NCBI GenBank assembly: GCA_964304625.1
Contig: OZ199838.1
Location: forward strand, 10,741,407 to 10,805,406
Source of the DNA: Kudoa neothunni
Lineage: Eukaryota > Animalia > Cnidaria
Direction: 5' to 3'
Length of the DNA: 64,000 bases
The notes below the pieces were generated by a model, which made no database searches, was not told the origin of the DNA, and saw only the letters and a program-made list of their open reading frames with translations. How positions within the stretch are numbered: position 1 is the first letter of the stretch; the number at the start of each line of letters is the position of its first letter. Positions 38,001 through 49,311 of this stretch are shown here, in pieces. Both the position numbers and the translations under genes were made by a program.

Positions 38001-41000
38001 ATTTTTTTTGAGGGGTAGGAGAGGTGAGTTGGATAGTTTCTTCAGACCTTCTTCGAATTTCTTGAAGTAGGGGGAGATCCTTGAAACTTTGAAGATTGGA
38101 GCAGGTACCAAGGTATTTGTAAAAATCTTGCATCTTGAGAATTGGTTGGTTGTACATTCGAGGAGGAGGCCCATTTGATAGATTAAAAGTACGTCTGCTA
38201 TAACGGTATCTTACACACAGATTTGCACACTTTGAATGTTGATTTTCATGTTTGCTTTGGTGAGAAATTCTTCAGCCATCTTCAGTAGGGAGTTAGTTTC
38301 TTGAGGGGTCTTTGCAATGAGGACGATATCGTCGGCAAAACATTGGATAACAATAGTTCCACCTCGGCGATTGTAGCCAATACCAGTCGCACTAACTTGA
38401 TCAAGGAGAGGATTGATTGCCATGTTGAATAGGAGGGGGCATCCCTGTCTCACACCTTTTCCATTAGCAAACAAATTAACTTGATTACTTTATCTGTCCT
38501 GAATCAAATTATATGATCCAGCGTACAGGTTTGAGATTAGCCTCACTATCCTCTCTGAAATCTTGCTCTTTTTGAGATGTGCTATGATCAGGCAGTGGGG
38601 AACTGAATCAAATGCCTTTTGGATATCAATCCAGACGACATTTAATTTCGTTCTTGCCCGGCGAGTATCATCGAGGACTTCCTGGAGAGAAAAGGCGTGC
38701 TCAACGCAGCCATCACTCTCCCGGAAGCCCTTTTGGGACGGAGACAGCTCAATAAGGGGTTTGAGCTTCCTATTCAGGCAACTCATAAATACCCTATGGA
38801 GCGTCTGGATGACGGAAATGGGCCGGTATTGGAGAGAGTCCATTGCATCGGGGTTTCTGTCTTTGGAGGAAGAATCGGGTTTAAGAGAGGGGCGACAATG
38901 TGATGGAATTGCGGGAGACGTTTCCAAAATTGCATTTGGATGCCGTCGGTTCCACACGCTGTCTTTCTTTGCTCTCTTCAAGGCGAACAAAACATCTTCT
39001 GGTGAAATATACAGGTCGCTGTAATTAAGACAGAAGCTGTAGGGTTCGGCCTCGTTGTATGCACCCGGTTGGAGGTCTTCTTGATCGTTGTCGAGTCTGG
39101 GGGCAACTATTTCCAAATAGTTTGGTAGGGGAGCTACAGCGGGAGGAGGAAGGGCGAGAGCTTCTGCAATTTGCGCAGGGGTAGCAGTGCATCACTTCGG
39201 AGGGTCTTGTACCACTTCGTTAAAGCACTTCTTCATATTGGTGCGGTACAAGCCTCTCAAGCGCTTTTCGTTCGCTCTTCTAGTGAGGGGAAATTGGCGG
39301 GGGAGACGAATTATTGGAGGATCTTCGGTCGATGGCACTTGAGGTGGATTCGAGCCTTCAGCTTCTGAATTTTCTTGTACTGCGCTTTTGGGAAGCGGAC
39401 AGTAGTGCATGTTCAGAAGCTTGGCATGCTCGGTTGCTGTAGAAAGAAATTTTTCGTACAGCTCCTCACATGCCACGTCGTTAACGTTGTGGTTAATCGC
39501 CAGCTTTAGCATATCTGCTGTAGCTTTCAGCATTGCTTCCTCCTTAATCTTCCTCTCTTGATATTTGGATAAACGAGGTTGTTGGTTAGTTGGAGGGACT
39601 GTTTATGGCACAGCATTATTTTGATTTGGATTATCATCGAGCACAGGAGTAGCGGTTTGGGGGAATATCACATGCGGATCTTGAATTTGGGTGCATGTGG
39701 GTGAATCTTCATTGAGTGGAGCCAATGTAGATGTCGGAGTAGTTGCAATAGTTGGAGCATTGGGAAGAGGATGTCTACCACAATACTCCCTCAAAAAGTC
39801 CACGACTTCTTGAGTACTGACTGCAACCAGTGAATTTGTCGGGGTCTCATCGTTTGCTTCTACGTCGCGAATTATTTCAGCAATTTCGACGTTTGGCTCA
39901 GTGTCGGATGGCGGAGAAGTTGGATTATCATCAGCAACTTGAAAACTTTCTTGAGAGTGGGAGTGGTTGTGGATGGAGAAGTTGAGGTCGGGGACAGCAT
40001 CATCTGCATCAAAATTGAAAGATTTCTCTCTCAAATCGGCAGAGGAGCAGTCCAATTCAATCTGGTCGATGAAGGATGGAATTTTGGTTGATTGTTCGTG
40101 GATGAAATCAGCAACTTCTTGCGACAATACCATCACAGGAGCATTCAAAGTTTTCAAGGATGAAGCGGATGAAGAAGTCTTCTGCGAAAGAGACGCAAGG
40201 AAGTTTCATCTGACATTTCTGCACGATTACGCTTCCGGAGACCAAGTTGGACGTAGGGAACAGAAACAGAACTTGAAGCAGGATGGGGTTGGGGTTGATA
40301 TTGAGGAGTAGAAGACAATCCAGGGTCATTATCATCATCATCATCATCAGAACCATCGCAAAATAATTTACTTAATGGTGGGGCGTTGGGTCCAATAAAA
40401 AACGACTTGGCGCATGGTTGTGGGGATTCTTCTGCTATAATGATCGGAGCATCTTCGGTAATTTTGCCAGCTGTAGTATCCTCGTTAGACAAAATCACCA
40501 CTCCCGCCATGGAAGAAACTTCTTCAGATTCAGATTCAGCGACAGAAAACTTATCAATCGGGGGCTGATTATCGTCAAAAACAGCCCTTGCACTATCACT
40601 ATCAGTTACATTATCATTCGCATTCGGAGAAGATGGGGTCAAATTTTGAGATGGAGATGGATGCGCAGACATCAATGGTCGACTTGACAGCATCTTTTCC
40701 TGAAATTCGCCGTTGTTATCATAGACGATGACAACGACGTCAGTAACAGTATTATTTTCATGCAGAGGAGACTCCGGAAAACTGGCTAGGGGGATTGGAC
40801 GAGGTGGAATGCATTCTTCAATGCGCTGCCTGTCTAGGGATGGCGCTGCAATAAGATCCGGTTGTCCTGCTCGCACTGGGAAAAACTTCAGATCCGCTGA
40901 TATGTCAACAGAACCGTCGTTGTTTATCAAAACTTCCGGAAACTCACCAGCATCCACCACCGTCTGAACCAATGACATAAAGTCATCGTACGAAACGTCG

Positions 41001-41498
41001 AGAATTTGACGAGTTCTAGGCAGCTTTGACTGCTGTTTTCGCAATTCAACCTTCTCTTGATGTGATAAAGGTTTCTGAATATCACCACTCACTCCGGACG
41101 TTACAGAAGAGGAAATATCAGCAAGAGTCAAATTTGGACCATTCGTGTCAAACCGACGAATTTCGGAACTTCCTATTTTAGCCGCTTCTATTCGTTGTAA
41201 ACATCTCACGATTTCATGAGCCTTCTTGCACAACTCCGGCTTCCTTCTACCTCTCTTATGAGACACCTCCCAAGCACGGAAGTAGGTCAAAACGACTCGT
41301 AAAAGTTCGTCGCACGCTGCTTTTAAATGGCATTCCAGGTTTCTTGAACTTTCGCGTGAATAAACCTTGCCAGCGTAGTCAAATATATCAATAAAGTCAG
41401 CAACACAATCTATTCAACTTACTCTTCAAGACAATTACAAATTTAAACGCAAAAGGGCCAAATTTTCAGCAATATCAACAAAAACAAAACGCACAGGT
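35075..41498 (-). mobile_element. Non-LTR retrotransposon with RT and C-terminal restriction-like endonuclease (R2/NeSL/HERO-like group), decayed
   Basis: RT motifs YRPISV, QKGFRESDGCVEH, WIDIQKAFDSVPH, GVRQGCPL and FADD. CCHC knuckle CRRCSCQVETLGHVLNGC followed by RHD. RLE motifs IDISV, KIRKY and TYGS. Long acidic N-terminal region; many frameshifts. Confidence 0.9.
35107..36967 (+). mobile_element. hAT transposon (CGGBP1/DUF659-like transposase pseudogene) inserted in the 3' UTR of the retrotransposon
   Basis: TIRs TAGGGTTGGC and GCCAACCCTA; perfect 8-bp TSD TTTATAAG. Motifs SLIIDE, LSDSAQYM, TCFSHIIH and SSINVERGFS. Confidence 0.92.
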
Positions 41499-41571
41499 AG
41501 CCCAAGCCGAGACTCGAACTCGGATTGTTGAATTCAGAGTCCAACGTGCTGACCAATTACACCACCCGGGC
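41499..41571 (-). tRNA. tRNA-Gln(CTG), 73 nt, directly at the 5' end of the retrotransposon
   Basis: Cloverleaf GCCCGGG-TG-GTGT AATTGGTCA GCAC-G-TTGGA CTCTGAA TTCAA-CAAT-CCGAG TTCGAGT CTCGG-CTTGGGC-T. A and B boxes are intact; T4/T5 runs follow about 10-20 nt downstream. Confidence 0.8.
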
Positions 41572-43762
41572 CAATGCTTAGTTCTATTTGATGATGATCA
41601 ATACACCTATATATCACTAATACATTAAATACTTAATGTTGCATTTTTCGTCAATTAAATAATAAATAATCTCTAAATTATTTATAATCCTTCGTATATA
41701 GGCATTGTATATTTTTCGAGATGGACTTTTTCTCTTATGATAATTATTCAATCACTACCATTTTTTCCAAAAAATATCTTTATAGATGCGTAATAAAAAT
41801 TTAGTTTTATCTATTTTTTAGTTAATCATTAGGTATCCAAATGCATCGAGGATATTTTTAATTCTCGTATAAGTATCAATACAAAATACTTTTAGTTTTT
41901 GATGAATCAGTGTATATTTCTCTAATAATGATAATTTTATGTATTATAGCGTCATAAATGAGTAAAATGATATTTTAAATACAGCTGTGACGGTGATAGT
42001 ACCGAGTTCAATCATTATGGAAAGAGAGTCTGATCAATCGCTACTTATGCAAGATATTATACCAGACCCTTGAGGTCGGCGATGCATTCCTGAACTTTGG
42101 AAAGACTAAGGAATCAATAGGTACGTACTCGAAGCGAAAGCACTTTTGTTACTGGATCGGATATTCTAGAAAATTTTCAACAACAGGAATTTTGCCTGTG
42201 ACTTGCTAATTTCTTTATCAAGTATGAGGTCTCAGCGGGAGAGTAAAACAGTTAGAGCTAACAACCCAAACTGTTGAAAAATTAAAGTGACACCAACATA
42301 AAATCTAACACATCATTAACGTTGTATGCATACAATATTATGTAATTTGAAATAAATAATTAAATCGAATCTAATTATAATACTTGCACATGTTACTTCT
42401 ACATAAGTATAAAGTTACCATGTAGAAATATTATATCGATTAGAAAGATAATGAATATGGAATTATATGACAAAAAATGTGATGTGACACAAGAAATATT
42501 ACCTACTATTAATTCAAATGACCAAATATATACATATTCAGAATCATTTGTGCTCTGTACAGCTAGAAATTATAGAAATTTCGAGTCAATGCTCTGCTCC
42601 GAATTCTACATTTAAGCTATACAGGAAGCTAAAATTATCTGTAAGAAAATAGCATCACTAAGTTCTGAAAAAACGGGGACTCAATATGATTTATTAAATA
42701 AGATTTTGGATAAGATAGCTCATTTTTCCACTATTCATATATCAACTTAGTTTAATTCAAATTAACGTCTGAATCCATTATCAGCAACAATCAAGAAATT
42801 TCAGATCCAAAATGTAACTAGAGTCCCTTTAGTAAAATTTTTATTTTACGTTTTATGACTGAAGAATCATACATAGAGTGTATAGATATAAAAAAAGCAG
42901 TTAGAGATAATTTCACATCATCAATAACTGATATGGAAATATTAGATATTGTTAATAATTCTATAGTTAAATATCCATCTGTGATAGTTGCGTGAATTTT
43001 ATCCATGTTGCGAAATTCACAAAATCACAGGAATAAAGTTGGCAACATTAATGAAGTTGAGAGGTAGACCAAAAGTTGTATTACAAGCTGTTATAGATTT
43101 AAACCAAAAAATTTTTTTGTTATAATGATGATAATAATATGACAATAACGTCGGTATATAGGATTCAAATATAATTTTATGTGTAGTTACACAGTACCAA
43201 TTATTTACAAATTACAAATAAAATATTTTATTAAATTTTAGTTGTGAGTAAATCATTCCGTGTGAATATTTATCTTATTGTAAGAATTTTAAAAAGTGAA
43301 TGGTCCAAATAGTTATACTATACCCTGGTTTCATTTGGAATTTATTGATAAAGATTAGCTATGTTTAAATATGTTTCGGAATTAATGAAACTAAATTTTT
43401 TTCTGCATTTATAAAAGATATTTTTTGGAAAAAATGGTAGCGATTGAATTGTTATTTTCGCAGTATCTATTGACCCAACATGTTAATTAGGACATTCCTT
43501 TAGTTTTATTTCACTTAAAATAACATTATAAATACGATAAAAGTATTTTTACATTTGAAAGTTATGATAATGTCATTTAAGTCTGAAATTACGTAATTGT
43601 ATGAAAATACTCTAGCCACACAAATAACAGTTATTATACAATTATTTGTAACACTTAATTTTAAATTTTAATATTCGCTTTCAAAAATTCATTTTATAAA
43701 TACATTTTAAGTCCATAATACTTAAAGACGCGTGGGTACTTTAACGTGGTAATATTTGCGTA

Positions 43763-44240
43763 ATGGACATCAATGTAAGTTATGAGAAAGTTGATGATAA
43801 CGTTGTTAAGAATAACAATATTATAAAAGTTGATGATATTTTTTACAGCTACAAAGAATTAGAGTTGAAAATTAAACAACTTAAACTAAACGACATGATC
43901 AGTTTGTCTATACTAGACTACAAAACGATTCAAACAGCTCAAAAACGTAGTGACTGAATATTAAATCTTGATGTTAAATATTACCAAGTCAAATACTGTT
44001 GCATCCACGGTGGAAAAACGTATATTTTTTTATAATTGTTGGATTTTTCTGTTGTGTACATTTACTGATTAATTAATATATTTCATTAATTTTAAAATGA
44101 AAAATAATTCTTTTAAACAAGTAACTTACACATGAATTTAGAGAAACAGGTCATCTGGTCAAAGAAATACTAGCTCTTATTTTAAAGGATGTCCAGTTTG
44201 TTTGAAGTTTTCGGCAAATGCAGATGGCCAACGGCTGGTA
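43763..44240 (+). mobile_element. MULE/ZSWIM3-like transposase N-terminal remnant interrupted by the pogo element
   Basis: FYSYKELELKI...YYQVKYCCIHGG...GCPVCLKFSANADGQRLV, with an internal stop. Confidence 0.6.
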
Positions 44241-46345
44241 CAGTAGGCAAGCGATTTTTCGTACTTTCTGAGCATGCGCGTCTTGAGAACCATGATAGTT
44301 GGGATTGATTTAAATTGTTTTTCATTAAAATTTATCTCATTTTCTGTTTAATTTCGTATAAATAATTACAAATAAAACCGTTTAATGCTATTACTGATAT
44401 GAATAAATTTAATTTTTTTTTAATTTTAATTGACATTCAACATTTATTTCTAAATCTTATTTATTTTATGTATAAATTTTCTTTATAATTTCATCTTTGT
44501 GATTAAATAAAAATTTAATCTGTTGTGAATTTTGAGCTAAGTGATTTCGAGTTAAATTATTGCAGCGACAAGAAACGATAGTGATGACTTTTTATCTTAT
44601 CTCATCAATTTTTATCAATTTTGATAATCAAGAATGAAAAATTATTATTAGAAATCAAAAAATAACTGAGAAACGACTTTAAGAATCGTTTTTGTGGAAA
44701 CAATCAGTTATCTTAGTTTGACTAAATTTTTTTGAAGAATACATTTGACAGCGTACTTTCCTGCTTTATGACAAAGTTGTATTCATAAATTTCATTATGC
44801 TTTATGAAACTATAAAGTTTTTGAATTGATTCTATAACTCCCTTCGAAGAAATATCTTTGATTGTTAAACCTTAGGATATACCGTCCTCATAGTGGTTCT
44901 TTTATCTTTTCTATGTTATGCTATAAGTTAACTGAATCTCCATTATTCATAGAAAATTATTGTGCTCCTCTAGAATCATCTCGTCAATTTCCGCATCAAT
45001 TTCTATTAGTTCATGGAGCATAATTTCATTATTTATATCTTTAACGTTAGCGAAAGAAAATCTAGCTTCAAAACAATTTAATATGGTCTTATTGCTAACA
45101 GACTCTCACGTTTCTTTAGTTAAAAATATAGATTCCAGATAATCTGGGGAAGTTGGGAGAGAGCCAGCTTCTGCGAATGCAAAGAACTTTTTTATAATTT
45201 CTCTTTTATATGCCGCTTTGAACGAGTAGATAATACCCTGATTTAACGGTCTCAAAACGCTTATCGTATTTTGAGGAAGAAAAACCAGTTTTACATGGCT
45301 TAAATCGTTGTGAAAATTAGAAATTGCATTGTCGAGTAACGAAATTAGTTTATTGGATTCTATTCCAAAACTTATTTAAACCAGTTATATATTTAAAAAA
45401 CATATAATCAGTCATTCATGCTTTTTCACGGCACTCATATTTTAGTAGATTTTTTGCATTTTTGGAGCACCTCGATTAGGCAGAATGTCAAATAATCAAA
45501 GGATCGAGTTTCTTACCAGATATGAGAGCACCAAAGAGGATTGTTATTCTTTTTTCTATTTTTTAATTCGGTAATAGGAATTCCCCTTAGTTGTGACATA
45601 GCTCTTTCCTAAAATTATGCAAACATATACAAACAAAAATTTTAGCTAGTGTTGCTGACAGTATAGCGCAGCTTCGTCCATTTTAAAAACACAGTCGGGT
45701 GAGTAGTCCTTTATTATATTTAATGACATCGGAATCCACTTTTAATTGTTTCGCTATCAACAATACAAAAATCATCATGATAATTTTGCCATTTTAGATT
45801 GAATATTGATTAAAACCTTTTAAACAGTCGGTTATTGATGAATCCACACACGAATCATTTGGGCGCATCAAATTAATCCACTAAAACTTCTCGGAATCGA
45901 GCTCTTTGTTGGTACTGTATTTCAATTTATTTTCGGTGAAGCTAGCCCACCTTCACGGGGTTTCATTATTTCTTCTTTCTTATTAAGAATGCCATCCAAT
46001 GTTGAAATTGTAGGAAGTTTAAAATGTAGAACAGAAGCATCCTTCGCTCCATTATTAGGCAAGTGTTAAAAAAATTCGATTATTTAAAATTCTTCCTTAA
46101 TTGTTACGCTTTTTTTCCGTCATTTGAAAACTACGAAAAACTCGAAAGTTCCCCCGAAAAATATAAAAAAAATACGTAAAATCCGCAACGATGTATTTTT
46201 CGTATTTTCATTTTTTTTTATTTGTAAATATTTGTAAATTAAATTTTAATGTGATATTCTAACATTGAATATTAACTTTTAATGAAACTCTCAGAGTAAT
46301 CGAGAAACAAAAAGTTAAAAAGTACGAAAAATCGATTGCCTACTG
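44241..46345 (-). mobile_element. Complete but decayed pogo/Tigger-like transposon
   Basis: TIR CAGTAGGCAA(G/T)CGATTTTTCGTACTTT at both ends, TA TSD on both sides. DDE_1 motifs LLDN and FLPQNTISVLRPLNQGII. Confidence 0.92.
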
Positions 46346-47482
46346 TAATATCATTTATCATAGATGTTTTTACAGGAATGACATGAGTTATAAGTTGTTG
46401 GGTTATTTACAGCGAATGTTATGCTTGTTTTAAATTCGCTTTGGGATTTATTACATTCCCAAAATCTTAGAGGGTTGAAATAGGCAGAAACTATTGGCAC
46501 TGTAACATTTAATCCTAAACTGCATGTTCGCACTCGCAATAAAATTTTTAATCCCGACAACTCTTACGATTTATATACAGATATAATTATTTAGAATTTG
46601 TTATATCAAATTATTTCTGGCCCGCCGCTTCATTCTTGGAGGTCAGAAATAATTAAATATAGTTAAAATTAGTGCAACCTGAATATTATTTACCATCTCG
46701 ATAGCCACTTACATTAAAATATGAGAAAATGGCGTTGATAATTAAAAAACGAGAGTGATAGATTAATACAGAACTAGATTTACCATTTAACAATATCAGT
46801 TAAAGATGCGATATTAAATCTCAGAAACAAAGGATAAAATTAGTGGTGAATATTTTGTGTAATTTCACCAAACCTTAAACTTATTCTATTATTTCGGTCG
46901 GAAGATAACGTTTATTTTTTAAATGTAGATGAAATTCTGGCGAATATACACAAAATATAATATGCACAACAACAAAATTTATAAACAAAATATTATAAAG
47001 GTGGCGCGTCCCACCGAGGGTTATCCATTAAGGGTTAAATAAGAATAAAATTTTAATCACTATTAAATTTTAATTAAATTATAAGAATGCATTAACCTAT
47101 TCAATAATTTATTTTAAAAAATGAACTTATTTAATATCAGCAATATTAGTTGAAACCGAAGGACGCGTATTCTTTCCTTTCGTCACTTCCCTTAAAATCA
47201 AAATAGAGGATACTTCAACTCCTCGCCTAATATTAAGTACACTACGATAATTTAACACTGAAACGTTTGAATTATATCATCACTAATATTTGCCTTCTTT
47301 ATAGCCACTGCGTACATACGGTAAAAGAAGAAATAAACTATTTTGCTTAATTCTCACTAAGACTCCTCACACAATGTTTCGAATTCAAGTTACAATCAAA
47401 ACGAAAAATCGTCCATTTATTAATTAAAACAAATTAGTTTAATTTTCTATAATTTCATTATTTAGGCGCCGGTGGAAAACTT

Positions 47483-47734
47483 TCAGAGTGGTTGCAATAG
47501 TTTTAACATCGGTGATGTTAAATTATTTCCGATTCGAATTGAGTCTAAGATATCATTTAATGAATCTGAAAAACTTATTTCCTGGTCAGACATTTTAATC
47601 ACGGGCTCACCTGCTGCAACTTGAACAGTAACGATTTCATCGTGGTTGGAAACTCTATCAATCCTCGCAGAGCAATTGCAACTAGAAACTCTGTAACATA
47701 ACAGAAAATGGTGAATTAAACCTCTCAAAATCAT
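47483..47734 (-). CDS. Possible small spliced gene of unknown function
   Basis: 83-aa ORF containing two convincing short GT-AG intron candidates (gtttaa...ttacag and gtgagc...tttcag). The start could not be resolved. Confidence 0.3.
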   Translation of the reverse strand: MILRGLIHHFLLCYRVSSCNCSARIDRVSNHDEIVTVQVAAGEPVIKMSDQEISFSDSLNDILDSIRIGNNLTSPMLKLLQPL

Positions 47735-47924
47735 AATCGCAACTCAATAAAAAATTATCAACTCAACTTTGCCAAACTATCTATAACATAATGCGCCATA
47801 TAAAACCAACACGAACAAATTATATAATCGACGTATTAGGATTAGACTAGACTCGCGGTAGATATTAAACGAAGAGTGTTATTAGGAAGAACACGAGTCT
47901 TTAGGATAGTGATAGGTAAACGGA

Positions 47925-48960
47925 TCACTTTCCAAAAACACTTTTGAAGTATTTGCCTTTATCGTTAGGATCAATAGTCTTACCCCCCCTTTTTCCAATT
48001 AGCAGGGCACACTAAAATTATTGGACAACCAGTTGAATTAACGAAAAGCTACCTCCAGGATGTTCATCAGTGAACTTGAAAGCTTCGACAAGTCTGTATA
48101 TCTCATCAACATTTCTACCAACAGGTGGATCATTGACTGTGATATTTCTGATAATGCCATTGCCATCAATGATATATAGGCCCCTGAAAACCAATCATTT
48201 AAATAAAAGTGCCAATAAATGGATTGTTTACCTAGCAGGATGACCTTCATCCATTAAACAGCCATATTTCTTAGTGAGCTCTTTAGTGAAATCTGCAATC
48301 AAAGGATATTGGAGTTTTCCTATTCCACCTTCACTTTTAGGAGTGTTTATCCTGCAAAAGATCAAACCCGATTAGTAAAATAACAATCGAGAGAGTCTTA
48401 AAAAATTAAGCCATGAAAAAATATAATTATAGGTCAGAGATCAAGTGTAATCCAACACAACGAAAGCCAACTCATAAGTAGTAAGAATATTGTTGGCTTC
48501 CATATGGACAATTGATTGTCATCATAAAGAACCGATTAAACTGAGCGAAAAATGAAATAAACGGATACCATGCGGAGTGAGTGAAATGTGAATCACAAGA
48601 AACTCCGATAATTTCGCATTGAGCAGTTTTAAATTTTTCAACAGCGCCATCAAAGGCAATAATTTCGGTTGGACAGACAAACGTGCTATTAAAACCCAGT
48701 ATAGAAGTGAATATACGATTTTTTAGATTACAAATCAAGTGGATAGAAAAACAGGACCACATATTTTCCCTTGTAATCACTGAGAGAAATGGTTTGCACC
48801 TTTCCATCAGGCATAACAGCCTCCGACGTAAATGCCGGAGCAGGCTTCGATACCTGCGGTATTGATGATTTAGCACAGCAGCAGCATGTGGAATTATTGC
48901 ACTATGGGATAACAAAAATTAATAAGACAATCAATAATCGTAATCATCACACACCACCAT
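47925..48960 (-). CDS. Typical 2-Cys peroxiredoxin (PRDX1/2/4-like), 6 exons; apparent +1 frameshift in the last exon
   Basis: [15 protein letters not shown] (peroxidatic Cys), GGIG, VGRNVDE and VCPANW (resolving Cys). The C-terminal KTIDP...KYF is out of frame after an A5G7 run. Confidence 0.9.
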
Positions 48961-49311
48961 CTCGACTAAACAAACTCGTTGGTATCGAACTCAACGGATT
49001 AGTAGCGAGTTCTATCAACATGTAAATGTGTTCGCATATGTTAAATTTTTAAGTTGTATCTACAAGGTTTTATTCAAAGCTGAAATGTAAGCGCTAGATT
49101 AGCAGTAATTTTATTTTGAAATCTAGCTGGGAAAGTTTGTCTATTTTTGAAATATCACGTGATGCTGATTAAAAAGATGCCGCCTGACATTCAGTTAAAT
49201 AGTTCGAATATTAGCGCACGTGTGTTCGGGTTAGTATCGTTGATTTCGGGAGATCTCGGCTTTGTATTTTGCGGTCGTATTTCAGTGGTTTTTGTTGCGT
49301 CGGCGGGAAAA
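48961..49311. promoter_or_regulatory. Putative bidirectional promoter of peroxiredoxin and SRD5A3
   Basis: About 350 bp between divergent ATGs; contains two CACGTG E-box palindromes. Confidence 0.5.

Noticed and set aside
37096-40967. Numerous plus-strand ORFs of 60-150 aa
   Set aside because: They are antisense shadows of the GC-richer retroelement coding sequence and show no motifs.
39603-41290. 378-aa and 184-aa acidic ORFs as a host gene
   Set aside because: They are intronless, collinear and on the same strand as the RT, and lie inside the tRNA-derived direct repeats, so they are the retroelement's N-terminal region.
47957-47983. 27-nt GT-AG intron rescuing the peroxiredoxin C-terminus
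   Set aside because: Splicing it would remove the conserved KTIDP residues and still leave the YF motif out of frame.
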